From contig CAVOJR010000001.1 of NCBI GenBank assembly GCA_963696295.1, positions 3,168,001-3,232,000 on the forward strand: a stretch of DNA of 64,000 nucleotides. Reading direction: 5' to 3'. The DNA is from an uncultured Chlamydiae bacterium (lineage in GTDB: Bacteria; Chlamydiota; Chlamydiia; Chlamydiales; JAJFMB01). Below, in pieces: positions 29,001 through 37,809 of the stretch; positions within the stretch are counted from its first letter, which is position 1; each line of letters starts with the position of its first letter. The notes beneath the pieces are model-generated. The model saw only the letters and a program-made list of their open reading frames with translations, had not been told where the DNA came from and did not search any database. A program made the position numbers and the translations under genes.

Positions 29001-29639
29001 TTGCATCTTATTAGAGTAGACGACAAAAGGCAAGAGAAAACCGTGCACCTTCAAGAAATGATAGAAAAGCTGCAGCGCCTCGAAGCGGCCAAAAGCCGCG
29101 CCGTGTCTCTTTACAGGGAGCGGGAAGAAATAGAGCACCTCAAAGCTTTGACGCAGAAGATGAGGGAGATCGACGCCCTTCTCGATGAGTATGAAGCTCA
29201 GGAAGACCCTCTGAAATTCCGGGAAGAAATCATTCAGCAGATTCTTACCCACTATCCCGGGCAAAAGGAAGAATATCTCCACTTGGAACGGGAACGGGCT
29301 CTCGCCGCCGAAAGAGAGCAGGAAGCGCTTTCCATGAAGCAGCGGCTCGCACCTCTGGCTTACCATCTCGATCAGATCGCCGCTATCAGAGAACGGAAAG
29401 GTTTCCTGAGATACATTTTCGGCCCCCGCCCCAACGCGACCATCGCGCTCCATACGCATCTTTTCAAGGAAGAGCTGGCAAAAAACCCAGAGCTCAAAGA
29501 CATAAAAATCGAGGATGCCAAACAAAAAATTGATGCATACGATCAGTACTTAACCGTGCAGCATATTAATCAGAGGAAGCTAAGAGAGGAATTGGAAAAC
29601 AGAATAAATAAATGGATGCAAGAAGTAAATACTCGCTGA
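29001..29639 (+). CDS. hypothetical coiled-coil protein (start uncertain)
   Basis: Charged helical ORF ending in a hairpin; no family recognised. Confidence 0.65.
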   Translation: MHLIRVDDKRQEKTVHLQEMIEKLQRLEAAKSRAVSLYREREEIEHLKALTQKMREIDALLDEYEAQEDPLKFREEIIQQILTHYPGQKEEYLHLERERALAAEREQEALSMKQRLAPLAYHLDQIAAIRERKGFLRYIFGPRPNATIALHTHLFKEELAKNPELKDIKIEDAKQKIDAYDQYLTVQHINQRKLREELENRINKWMQEVNTR

Positions 29640-29656
29640 AGCAAGTATTTACTTCT
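29621..29656. terminator. hairpin between convergent genes
   Basis: AGAAGTAAATACT...AGTATTTACTTCT, 13-bp inverted repeat. Confidence 0.65.
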
Positions 29657-29666
29657 CTGAAAGGAA

Positions 29667-30167
29667 TTAAATTTTGATATAGCCTTCGCCGCCTTTTCCG
29701 CCTGGTTTTCCAGTTGGGGGCTTGAACTCTTCTTTAGCGGATTCATCTCTTCCCTCGGAGACTTCGGAGCAGATTTTACGCCATTTTTCTACAGTTTCTA
29801 CGTAGAGAGGGGCAAAAGCGCGCAATGCTGAAGAGACTGCATGCTCCATATCGATCGTGCAGTGCATCAAAATCAGCTCTTCTTTGACTGCAACGCCTAC
29901 GCCGCCGCCGGCCATTTGGCCGCCGAGCATGGAGCCTTCGAGCAAACGCTCGTACAAGCGAAGACGCGTTTTGTCATCGCGTGGCAATCCGTCCAATAAA
30001 GGAGAGTAAAGATAAAGTCTTTTAGAGTTGGGCTCATACGTTAAATGAAGAGAGAATTCATCGTCGATTCCCAAAATACACGTGTTGTTTTCATCAAACT
30101 CAAGTCCCTCAAGACCAAGTTCTTTACCGAACTCTTTGAGGTTTGCTTTAGCATTTTCTAGTGACAT
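29667..30167 (-). CDS. slc1: CesT-family class I T3SS chaperone, Slc1/CT043-like
   Basis: FDENNTCIL..EFSLHLTYE..RLYLYSPLLDGLP..LLEGSMLGGQMAGGGVGVA..E..LILMHC; next to ssb/pepA as in Chlamydia. Confidence 0.9.
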   Translation of the reverse strand: MSLENAKANLKEFGKELGLEGLEFDENNTCILGIDDEFSLHLTYEPNSKRLYLYSPLLDGLPRDDKTRLRLYERLLEGSMLGGQMAGGGVGVAVKEELILMHCTIDMEHAVSSALRAFAPLYVETVEKWRKICSEVSEGRDESAKEEFKPPTGKPGGKGGEGYIKI

Positions 30168-30300
30168 AGATTAACTCCTGAAATTTTTTCACTATGGCCG
30201 TTTTCACAGCCTTTATGTTATAAAAGCTACTTATATAACCTTTAGCAATAGAATGCAACAGGTAGCTTTAAAAGTAAACAAAATTTACCCCGGCTTGACT

Positions 30301-30861
30301 ATGAACTGGCGATTTTTCCTCATTTTTTCCCTCTTTTTCCCAATTTTTGCTTATGGAACCGTCCGAAATTTTCATGCTATCGAGCCTGGCCAGGCCTACC
30401 GGTCGGCGCAGCCCTCGGCCCAGGATTTGCCCATCCTCATCGAAAAATATCAAATAAAGACAATTATCAACCTGCGGGGCGAGACTCCGGCCGACTGGTG
30501 GGTAAAAGAGCGGGACATATGCAGCAAGCATAAAGTAAAGCTCATTAACATCCCCTTTAGTGCGAGCCGGCTGCCCGATCCCGCGGCGCTTTTGCAGCTT
30601 TACGACGCATTTTTTGAAGAGCATCCCGTGCTCATCCATTGCGAAGGAGGAGCGAACCGCACCGGCGCCGCCTCTGCGCTCTGGCGCATGACCGTGCTTG
30701 GGGAGGAAAGGGCAAAGGCGGCCGGTCAGCTATCGGAGAAGTATTTCCACTTCAAGAGATTATATCCCATGATGGATAAATTAGTGGAGATCTACGAGCC
30801 TGACCGGGAGTGGGTATTGCATGAATACCCTATTCACTGTCCTTCCACTCTTCCAGCATGA
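30301..30861 (+). CDS. exported tyrosine/dual-specificity phosphatase family protein
   Basis: Signal peptide; YRSAQP, IINLRG, CX5R loop HCEGGANRTG. Confidence 0.85.
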   Translation: MNWRFFLIFSLFFPIFAYGTVRNFHAIEPGQAYRSAQPSAQDLPILIEKYQIKTIINLRGETPADWWVKERDICSKHKVKLINIPFSASRLPDPAALLQLYDAFFEEHPVLIHCEGGANRTGAASALWRMTVLGEERAKAAGQLSEKYFHFKRLYPMMDKLVEIYEPDREWVLHEYPIHCPSTLPA

Positions 30862-32511
30862 CGCCTAAAATTTCACCAAGATCGTCAAGGTGTCCAGTGC
30901 CGCCCACATTGTCATCAGACACTTCAGGCAGCTTATGGTGCGAGGAGAAGTGATGGCTCTTTTTCTCATGGATGCTTGGCTGAGGAGTTCTGACAATTTC
31001 GCGGGTTTCCTCGTCCTCATCCTTTACGTGCGTACTCTTGCGGCTGGCGGCTTTAGTATGTGAGCTGCCGGCAGGGTGGATAGAGCCATTATGCACGCTG
31101 GCATCCTGGAAATCATCATCTTCCGTCTCCTTACCAACTTCACTGGCATCTGCAGGGCTTGAAGACCTCGAACTGTCAGTAGGAGCACCACCATTACCCT
31201 TATCGCCCTTACCGTTTACAGCCCCGGCTGTACTTGAGGAAGAAGAGCTCTCAATGTCAGTAGGAGCACCGCCTTTACCCTCATCGCCCTTACCTTTTGC
31301 AGCAGCAGCTGTACTTGAGAAAGAAGAGCTCTCACTGTCAGTAGGAGCACCGCCTTTACCCTCATCGCCCTTACCTTTTGGAGTAGCACTTACATCATCT
31401 CTTTTTTTAGAGCCTTCCTCGCCCGCAGGATGAATACTCTTATCGCTGGCATCCTGGAAATTATCATCTTCCGTCTCCTTACCACCTTCACTGGTACCTG
31501 CAGAGCTTAAAGGCCTCGAACTGTCAGTAGGAGCACCGCCATTACCCTCATCGCCCTTGCCTTTTGGAGTAGCACTTACATCATCTCTTTTTTTAGAGCC
31601 TTCCTCGCCCGCAGGATGAATACTCTTATCGCTGGCATCCTGGAAATTATCATCTTCCGTCTCCTTACCACCTTCACTGGTACCTGCAGAGCTTAAAGGC
31701 CTCGAACTGTCAGTAGGAGCACCACCATTACCCTCATCGCCCTTGCCTTTTGGAGTAGCACTTACATCATCTCTTTTTTTAGAGCCTTCCGCGCCCTTTG
31801 CAGGATGAATACTCTTATCGCTGGCATCCTGGAAATCATCATCTTCCGTCTCCTTACCAACTTCACTGGCACCTGCAGGGCTTGAAGGCCTCGAACTGTC
31901 AGTAGGGCACCACCATTACCCTTATCGCCCTTACCTTTTGGAGTAGCACTTACATCATCTCTTTTTTTAGAGCCTTCCGCGCCCTTTGCAGGATGAATAC
32001 TCTTATCGCTGGCATCATGGAAATCATCATCGTCGTCTTCAGACTGGGCAGTAGGAGTTTGTTTGATATCAAGATTTGTATAAACACTCTGGATGAAGCC
32101 TTTACTTAGAGCTACTTCCCCACCACTGAGGGTCTTTTCGGTAAAATCTTTATCCGCCGGGGGTTTAAAACGATATTTGCCGGTATCGTAAAATTCAGCT
32201 ACCTCGAACTCTTGCTTCTCAAGATGAGCCAGCTTCAGCAACCCTTGAACGGATTTATTCACTTGTTCGGAAACAAGCTTGACTCTCTCTTTATCCGTTT
32301 TGTCCGTTATTACTGCCGGAACCCATGTTTTGCCTACCAGAACTTTGACTGCATAAGATTTTCCATTAAAAGTGAGCTTCCCCAAAGTCGCATCAAATTC
32401 GTATATAGCTGAATTATTAGCCGGCTGGTGAACCGAACCCACAGAAGAATGTAATGAATCGGCTAAATGGTGAGACGAACCTACACCTGCACCTAAATCT
32501 GTACTTGTCAT
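30830..32511 (-). pseudogene. repeat-rich acidic candidate T3SS effector (~560 aa) with a single 1-nt deletion at 31906/31907
   Basis: The span is 1682 nt, 1 short of 561 codons. The repeat copy at 31901 reads GTAGGGCAC while the others read GTAGGAGCAC; restoring the A joins ORFs 31762-32511 and 30830-31096. Confidence 0.82.
31096..32030. repeat. intragenic nested tandem repeats: 186-189-bp units plus 81-bp subunits
   Basis: GAGTAGCACT at 31381, 31567, 31753, 31941; TGTCAGTAGGAGCACC at 31174, 31255, 31336. Confidence 0.93.
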
Positions 32512-32651
32512 GGAATAATCCCCCTTTTAATTTACTTGCTATAAGTATAGCATGCCAGGGGATTAATTTAAGCCTTTATTAAGAAATTAAAAGAAAAATT
32601 AATGTAATATTAAATATTATACTTAAAAACCTCTATTTCATACATTTTTTT

Positions 32652-33114
32652 GAGTGTGTTGCAAAGCCCTCATTCCAACTAAATATTTAACTTGCACGTA
32701 AATCTTTAAAAATAAAAAACTCCTAAAACTCCTTTCTCACAACCGCTAAATCATAAGAAAGGAGGGACGCACGATGTGTCAAAGAAATTGGTCTCAGTAT
32801 AACGCAAATCTAGTTCAAAGAGGAAGTCTAAGTTTTTTTTGTCATCCAAGCATCATAAAACTGATCAAAAAAAATCAGAAAAATCATCATCAGTGTGGAA
32901 GGCCACCATATCCGAGTCAGATGATAATTGCTGGATTTCTTACCTATAGACGTTGCCAGGGAATGGCCTTTTGGTTGTTATCTCCTCATGGCATTGTTGT
33001 TCCCTCATATTCAACTATTTGCAGGGGCATTCAGCGTTTAAGCGAGAAACTCACACGGAAAGACCAAAAAAGTTTATCATTGATTCTTCAGGGTTTAAAG
33101 TTGCAGGAGAAGGT
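32652..33114 (+). mobile_element. truncated, frameshifted IS5-family (IS903-like) transposase remnant
   Basis: RNWSQYNANLVQRGSL, GRPP.Y, PSYSTICR in one frame; IDSSGFKVAGEG in another; left boundary approximate. Confidence 0.85.
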
Positions 33115-34357
33115 CTTCGAAATTGATTTCATCGAGTTTATCGATGTTGTCGAGTATAGTTTGCAACTTTTCAAGTTTTTTTGCAGTATGTTCATATTCT
33201 TCGTGTTCAGTCTTCGACAACTCATTTTCTTTAATTCCATTAAATTTACTACGCATGTTCATATTAATATCTAAAATTTTCACTTTCCAGTCATTAATAG
33301 CTTTCTTTTCCCCCGGATTATCCCCTTTATATTTTTTAAAAGATTTTAAATCGCCTTTTAACACTGCAATGTAATTAATTGTTTCATTTAATTTGCTAAC
33401 ATTAGAGTTAAAACCAAAAAAGGTACCGATTCTAGAAAATATAGAGGGTGTAGAGGGTGTAGCTTTCGCTTCATCAGCTTTTATAGGTTTAGGTGAACGA
33501 TCTTCATCATCTTGCATAACAAAATCATCATCTTCACCTCTATTACTCTTAATGTCAGCAAAGCTCTCGTAACCACTACTAGTGTTAGCCCTGCTGCCGT
33601 TGTTATGCCCCAATTCTTCATCATCTCCAGTAGAGTCAGAAGAGTGTTCTGTGGCAGGCTGATCTGACAATTCAATGTCCTCTTTACCTTTGTGTTTACG
33701 GTCAATTATTTGTCTTGAATTAGCGTGTTGTTCATCGCTTACGCCAGAGTGTTGTTCATCGTCGCTTACGACATCAGAAACAGCGGATGAAGATGAGGAT
33801 GAAGATGAAGATTGTGATTGTTGCTGGTGAGATTGAAGTTGTGATTGTTGCTGGTGAGATGAAAGTTGTGGCATCTGCTGGGTTGATTTTGGAGATTGTT
33901 TCCCCGAAATAGTATCACGTAACTCATTGAATATCCTAGTATATGCATCGGGAGTGGTTTTCTGTAAGCCTTTTGATAACCAGCCTGGTGATACCGATAT
34001 GCTTTTATGCTCTTTTTTCCCGGTTTTGGGGTCTTTTATAGTATACTTAATTTCACCTGGATAGAATTTTACACTTTCAAATTGAGTTTTACCAGTTTCA
34101 GCTTCCAACGTTTGGAGCAATGCCTGTACCAAAGTATCAACTCTTTGAACTGTTGCTGGATCCAATTTACCCGATTTACTTAATTCCTCCAGCGAAACCG
34201 TACCTCCCCAGAATCCTTTGATCACATCAATTTTATAAATGACGTTATTATATTCTACAGTTCCCGATTGCCAATTTATAGCAGGCGAAGAAGACTGAGG
34301 CGAAGACGTCTGCTGCGTTAGTTGAATGGCACCGGTATCAATAGGAGGAGTATTCAT
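33095..34357 (-). CDS. low-complexity Ser/Gln/Asp-rich candidate T3SS effector
   Basis: AT-rich; ATG 34357 with GAGG; S/T/P-rich N-terminus; poly-S/Q tract; N-domain resembles that of the 32511 gene. Confidence 0.78.
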   Translation of the reverse strand: MNTPPIDTGAIQLTQQTSSPQSSSPAINWQSGTVEYNNVIYKIDVIKGFWGGTVSLEELSKSGKLDPATVQRVDTLVQALLQTLEAETGKTQFESVKFYPGEIKYTIKDPKTGKKEHKSISVSPGWLSKGLQKTTPDAYTRIFNELRDTISGKQSPKSTQQMPQLSSHQQQSQLQSHQQQSQSSSSSSSSSAVSDVVSDDEQHSGVSDEQHANSRQIIDRKHKGKEDIELSDQPATEHSSDSTGDDEELGHNNGSRANTSSGYESFADIKSNRGEDDDFVMQDDEDRSPKPIKADEAKATPSTPSIFSRIGTFFGFNSNVSKLNETINYIAVLKGDLKSFKKYKGDNPGEKKAINDWKVKILDINMNMRSKFNGIKENELSKTEHEEYEHTAKKLEKLQTILDNIDKLDEINFEDLLLQL

Positions 34358-34456
34358 AAAAAACCTCACAATAATTTCTTATATTTTAATTATACCATAA
34401 ATGAAATTATTTATAACTATTTTAGGCTGTTTTACTAAAAAAGTGATTAATTTTGT

Positions 34457-35500
34457 TTAAAGAATCAGCATGGCGTCGCCGTAGGAGAAGAAACGGAACT
34501 TCTTTTCGATTGCCCGATGGTAGGCCTCCATCGTCAGCTCGTAGCCGGCGAAAGCCGATACTAACATGAGAAGGGTTGAACCCGGGAGATGAAAGTTGGT
34601 AAGAAGATGCCGGGCATACTTAAAGGTGTAGCCGGGATAGATGAAGAGGTTGGTCTCGAAAGTGCCGGGGACGATCTCCCCTGCCTCTGTAGCCACCGAC
34701 TCGAGGGTCCGGCAGCAGGTCGTCCCGACCAGGATCTGCTTCTTGCCGGGCGGGCGGCTGTTCAGGCGGCGGGCGGCGGCCTCGGTGATCAGGCACTGCT
34801 CGTAGTGCATGGGGTGATGGCGGATGTCCTCGGTCTGCACGGGCCGGAATGTGCCGATCCCGACGTGCAGCGTCACCTCGGTCTGCCCTATCTGCCCGTC
34901 TGCGAGCTCGGAGAGCAAAGTCTTGGTAAAGTGGAGGCCGGCGGTGGGCGCGGCGATCGCGCCGGGCTGAGCGGCATATACGGTCTGATAATCGCAACTT
35001 TCTTGTGCGGAGGCTTCGCGCTGGATGTAGTGCGGCAGGGGCATCTTGCCGTGGAGATTCAGCTCGGTCCAAAAATCGTCGCAGAAGAATTGCAGGGTCC
35101 GGAGCCCGTCGGCGCCCAGGTCCTTTACCTCGGCGTAAAAGGTCTCGCTGAAATAAACGCGCGTGCCGATCTGCAGCTTGCGGGCGGGGCGCACCAGGGC
35201 GTCCCAGAGGTTGTGCGAGCGGTTCCGGGTGAGAAGCACCTCGATCTCGGCGCCGCTTTCCTTGCGCCCCATCAGACGCGCCGGTATCACCTTGGTGTTG
35301 TTGAACACCAGGCTGTCACCTGGCTCGAGAAGATGCTTGATTTCAAAAAAGGAAGCCTCGCTGATCTCACCGCTCTTGCGGTCGATAATCATGAGGCGGG
35401 AATGGTCTCTTGGAGAGACCGGATGCTGCGCAATCAATTCTTGCGGCAGCGGGAACTGATAGGCAGATAAGTCATAGTGATGGTCTGTATCTGCCTTCAT
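34457..35500 (-). CDS. queA: S-adenosylmethionine:tRNA ribosyltransferase-isomerase
   Basis: NNTKVIPARL, YQTVYA, AAPTAGLHF, TNFHLP, FFSYGDAM. Confidence 0.97.
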   Translation of the reverse strand: MKADTDHHYDLSAYQFPLPQELIAQHPVSPRDHSRLMIIDRKSGEISEASFFEIKHLLEPGDSLVFNNTKVIPARLMGRKESGAEIEVLLTRNRSHNLWDALVRPARKLQIGTRVYFSETFYAEVKDLGADGLRTLQFFCDDFWTELNLHGKMPLPHYIQREASAQESCDYQTVYAAQPGAIAAPTAGLHFTKTLLSELADGQIGQTEVTLHVGIGTFRPVQTEDIRHHPMHYEQCLITEAAARRLNSRPPGKKQILVGTTCCRTLESVATEAGEIVPGTFETNLFIYPGYTFKYARHLLTNFHLPGSTLLMLVSAFAGYELTMEAYHRAIEKKFRFFSYGDAMLIL

Positions 35501-35509
35501 AACATATTC

Positions 35510-36364
35510 CTAGTTAATGAGCTGAATGCTGGTTTCAGGAAAGGCCTTGGCCAAAATCTGCGCGGCATGCTCCCCGCCTTCAGCCAATGTCTCAATTTCT
35601 TTGAGGGAAATTTTTGACAAAATAACGCTATCCTTGCCTTTATGACCGGCAAGCGCCTGGCTCAAATTCGCAGGAAAAGGGGTCACTACGCCTTCGTAGG
35701 CAGCTGTGCGGCTCATCACCATATTGCGGGTAAACTTAACCACTTCATCAATCTTCTTTTGCTGAGTCGTTACGGCATATCCAAGGTAACCGGTTTGCGC
35801 GGCATCCACTGACCAGAATTTGGACTTGGGGTTTTGAGCCGAATAAAGGGCATTCGTTCTTGCGGCGATCACTATCGCGGCCAAAGCCTCTTGCGACATC
35901 GGCTCTTTAAACTCGGGCGACAAAATCGAAGTGATATAATCTTCAACATCCACCTCATTCACTACGAAAATCTTATCGTGAATGTTATAGACGTAGACCG
36001 ATCCTTTATACTCCAGGCCTTCGACGATAATAGTGCCTTGAGGCGATTCAGGAAGGAATTTCAGCTGGTGGAAGCTTGGAAACTCTTCGCCCCATCTTAA
36101 GCCTTCAGCAGTGGGCTGGATGAACTTGCGCTTGCTCGAATTGCGGCTGACCACCTGCTGGTTTGTCAGAGGATCGATCACGGTGTATTTTCCCTTGGTT
36201 TCCAGCATAACGCCGGGCACATCATGGGCCAATAAAACCTTTATCAGTTTCGGCTCGGGCTGAGGCTGACTTTGAAAAATTTGCTGTAAATTTTCAATGA
36301 TATTGGCCTCCAGGGAAGCCACAACAGGCATAACGGCTAAAGCTAAATACAAACATCTCTTCAC
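35510..36364 (-). CDS. SpoIID/LytB-domain exported protein (CT041-like)
   Basis: Signal peptide; VVNEVDVEDY, EALAAIVIAART. Confidence 0.8.
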   Translation of the reverse strand: MKRCLYLALAVMPVVASLEANIIENLQQIFQSQPQPEPKLIKVLLAHDVPGVMLETKGKYTVIDPLTNQQVVSRNSSKRKFIQPTAEGLRWGEEFPSFHQLKFLPESPQGTIIVEGLEYKGSVYVYNIHDKIFVVNEVDVEDYITSILSPEFKEPMSQEALAAIVIAARTNALYSAQNPKSKFWSVDAAQTGYLGYAVTTQQKKIDEVVKFTRNMVMSRTAAYEGVVTPFPANLSQALAGHKGKDSVILSKISLKEIETLAEGGEHAAQILAKAFPETSIQLIN

Positions 36365-36452
36365 GGTAGTCCTCCAAACTTATTGATTCAATATATATAG
36401 CTCATTTGGTGATTTGTTTCAAATGCCTATTTGCAATAAGTTCAAATAAAGG

Positions 36453-37553
36453 TTAATAGTTGTTAGCCGCCCGCTGCGGCAAAAATTTGTAGCCGATGTT
36501 GATGACCGTTATCAGGATCAACACGGGATAGATCGCCTCAAGGATCGGGCAGATAAACTTCGCAATCCCCGAAAACTCGAGCGTGGAAACGAGAAATCCG
36601 ATCATGAGGGTGATCAATAGCGACGCGGTGTTGCCGATCTTTTTCGAAGCGATCTCGTGGCGCAAAAACTCGGAAAACAGGGAGGCCAGAATGATCGCCG
36701 TCGTCAGGCAGGCGAACATCACCGCCAAGCAGACGAGAGGCGCTGCCAGGTGGCCGAGCGACTGCATCGCGATCAGGCCGAGCATCTCCTGCGGCGGCTG
36801 TCCGGCGAGCACCGGCGAATAGATCGATCCTAAAAGGACCAGCAAAAAGTAGATGATGGCCAAAATCCCGCCGCCGATGAGAGAGGCCAGGCCAAAGACT
36901 TTCAGCGTGTTTTTGCTGACGTTTTTGCCGTAAAGATGCTTGATCACAAACTGGGAAAAGAAAAACGCGGCCAGGAGATCCATGGTCTGATACCCCTGGA
37001 AAAAGCCGGTTTTAAAGACAACCCAAGGGTTGCCGCTGAGTGTTGGAGGGGTTACCCCTTTGTAGAGGGCGAAAAAGGCGATGGAAATGATGGATACCAG
37101 CAAAAACGGGGTGAGCACCGTGCCTAAAATACCGATAATTTTACTTTTATTGACCGTGAGGAAATAGATGACGACGCACATGGCGAAGCTCGCCAGGGGC
37201 AAAGAGAGCGAAGGAATAAGCAGCTGCAGCGCTCCGTGAGCCACCGTCAGGCAGCGCGCCAATACGCCGAAGGGCCCCATTAACCCCAAAGCCAGGAAGG
37301 AAAAAATCAGCGTCCCCCGCTTTCCAAACCAGCGGAAGTAATGATTGATATCCCCGTCATAGAGCATCATCCCGAAGACGCCTAGAAAGGGCACAATCAC
37401 GCCGGTTAATATGATGCCGAAAGAGGCCAGCAGATAATGCCCGCCGCTTTCCAGTCCGACCACGATGGGAAAGACTAAGTTGCCAGATCCAAAAAACATT
37501 GAAAATAGCGCGAATCCCGTACTAACCACTAACCAATTTTGTTTCATATACAT
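36453..37553 (-). CDS. brnQ: branched-chain amino acid:cation symporter
   Basis: GFALFSMFFGSGNLVFP, GYQTMDLLAA, ACLTTAI, AIYP; multiple TM helices. Confidence 0.95.
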   Translation of the reverse strand: MYMKQNWLVVSTGFALFSMFFGSGNLVFPIVVGLESGGHYLLASFGIILTGVIVPFLGVFGMMLYDGDINHYFRWFGKRGTLIFSFLALGLMGPFGVLARCLTVAHGALQLLIPSLSLPLASFAMCVVIYFLTVNKSKIIGILGTVLTPFLLVSIISIAFFALYKGVTPPTLSGNPWVVFKTGFFQGYQTMDLLAAFFFSQFVIKHLYGKNVSKNTLKVFGLASLIGGGILAIIYFLLVLLGSIYSPVLAGQPPQEMLGLIAMQSLGHLAAPLVCLAVMFACLTTAIILASLFSEFLRHEIASKKIGNTASLLITLMIGFLVSTLEFSGIAKFICPILEAIYPVLILITVINIGYKFLPQRAANNY

Positions 37554-37558
37554 CCTTT

Positions 37559-37629
37559 AACTCGACTTTACCCAATTTTTGAACTCATCTTCAAAGAGAG
37601 GCCACTCAAAAATTTGGCAAAGTCGAGTT
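37559..37629. repeat. 71-bp palindromic element (REP/MITE-like)
   Basis: 24-nt arms AACTCGACTTTACCCAATTTTTGA ... TCAAAAATTTGGCAAAGTCGAGTT (22/24 match); same termini as 46679-46719. Confidence 0.8.
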
Positions 37630-37632
37630 CTT

Positions 37633-37668
37633 AAAAAAAAAGGCCGCACTTTGTGAAGTGCGGCCTTT
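37633..37668 (-). terminator. intrinsic terminator in the brnQ leader (attenuator 3:4 hairpin)
   Basis: Minus strand AAAGGCCGCACTT-CACA-AAGTGCGGCC followed by a T run. Confidence 0.9.
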
Positions 37669-37700
37669 GTATTAACCCGTTTTTGGTAAAAACCAAAGCA

Positions 37701-37772
37701 CTAAGGTCCGCACCTCCTCACGTTGGCGAGGAGCTTCTTGACGGAAATCTTAATGCACTTGTTTTTATTCAT
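37701..37772 (-). CDS. brnQ leader peptide, 23 aa (not in ORF track)
   Basis: MNKNKCIKISVKKLLANVRRCGP; 6 Ile/Val/Leu codons; 3' end overlaps the antiterminator strand. Confidence 0.78.
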   Translation of the reverse strand: MNKNKCIKISVKKLLANVRRCGP

Positions 37773-37779
37773 GGCAGGC

Positions 37780-37809
37780 ATCTTAGCAAAAAGGGAGTTT
37801 ATTATTCAA
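37780..37809 (-). promoter_or_regulatory. promoter of the brnQ leader
   Basis: TTGAAT-18-TAAGAT with TG extended -10; 7 nt to the leader ATG. Confidence 0.55.

Noticed and set aside
32774..33274. Intact 166-aa transposase
   Set aside because: The frame leaves transposase similarity before the first catalytic Asp and continues into the antisense of the neighbouring gene
37633..37790. T-box or metabolite riboswitch upstream of brnQ
   Set aside because: No T-box UGGNACC-type motif or long stem I seen; the uORF-overlapping antiterminator explains the structure
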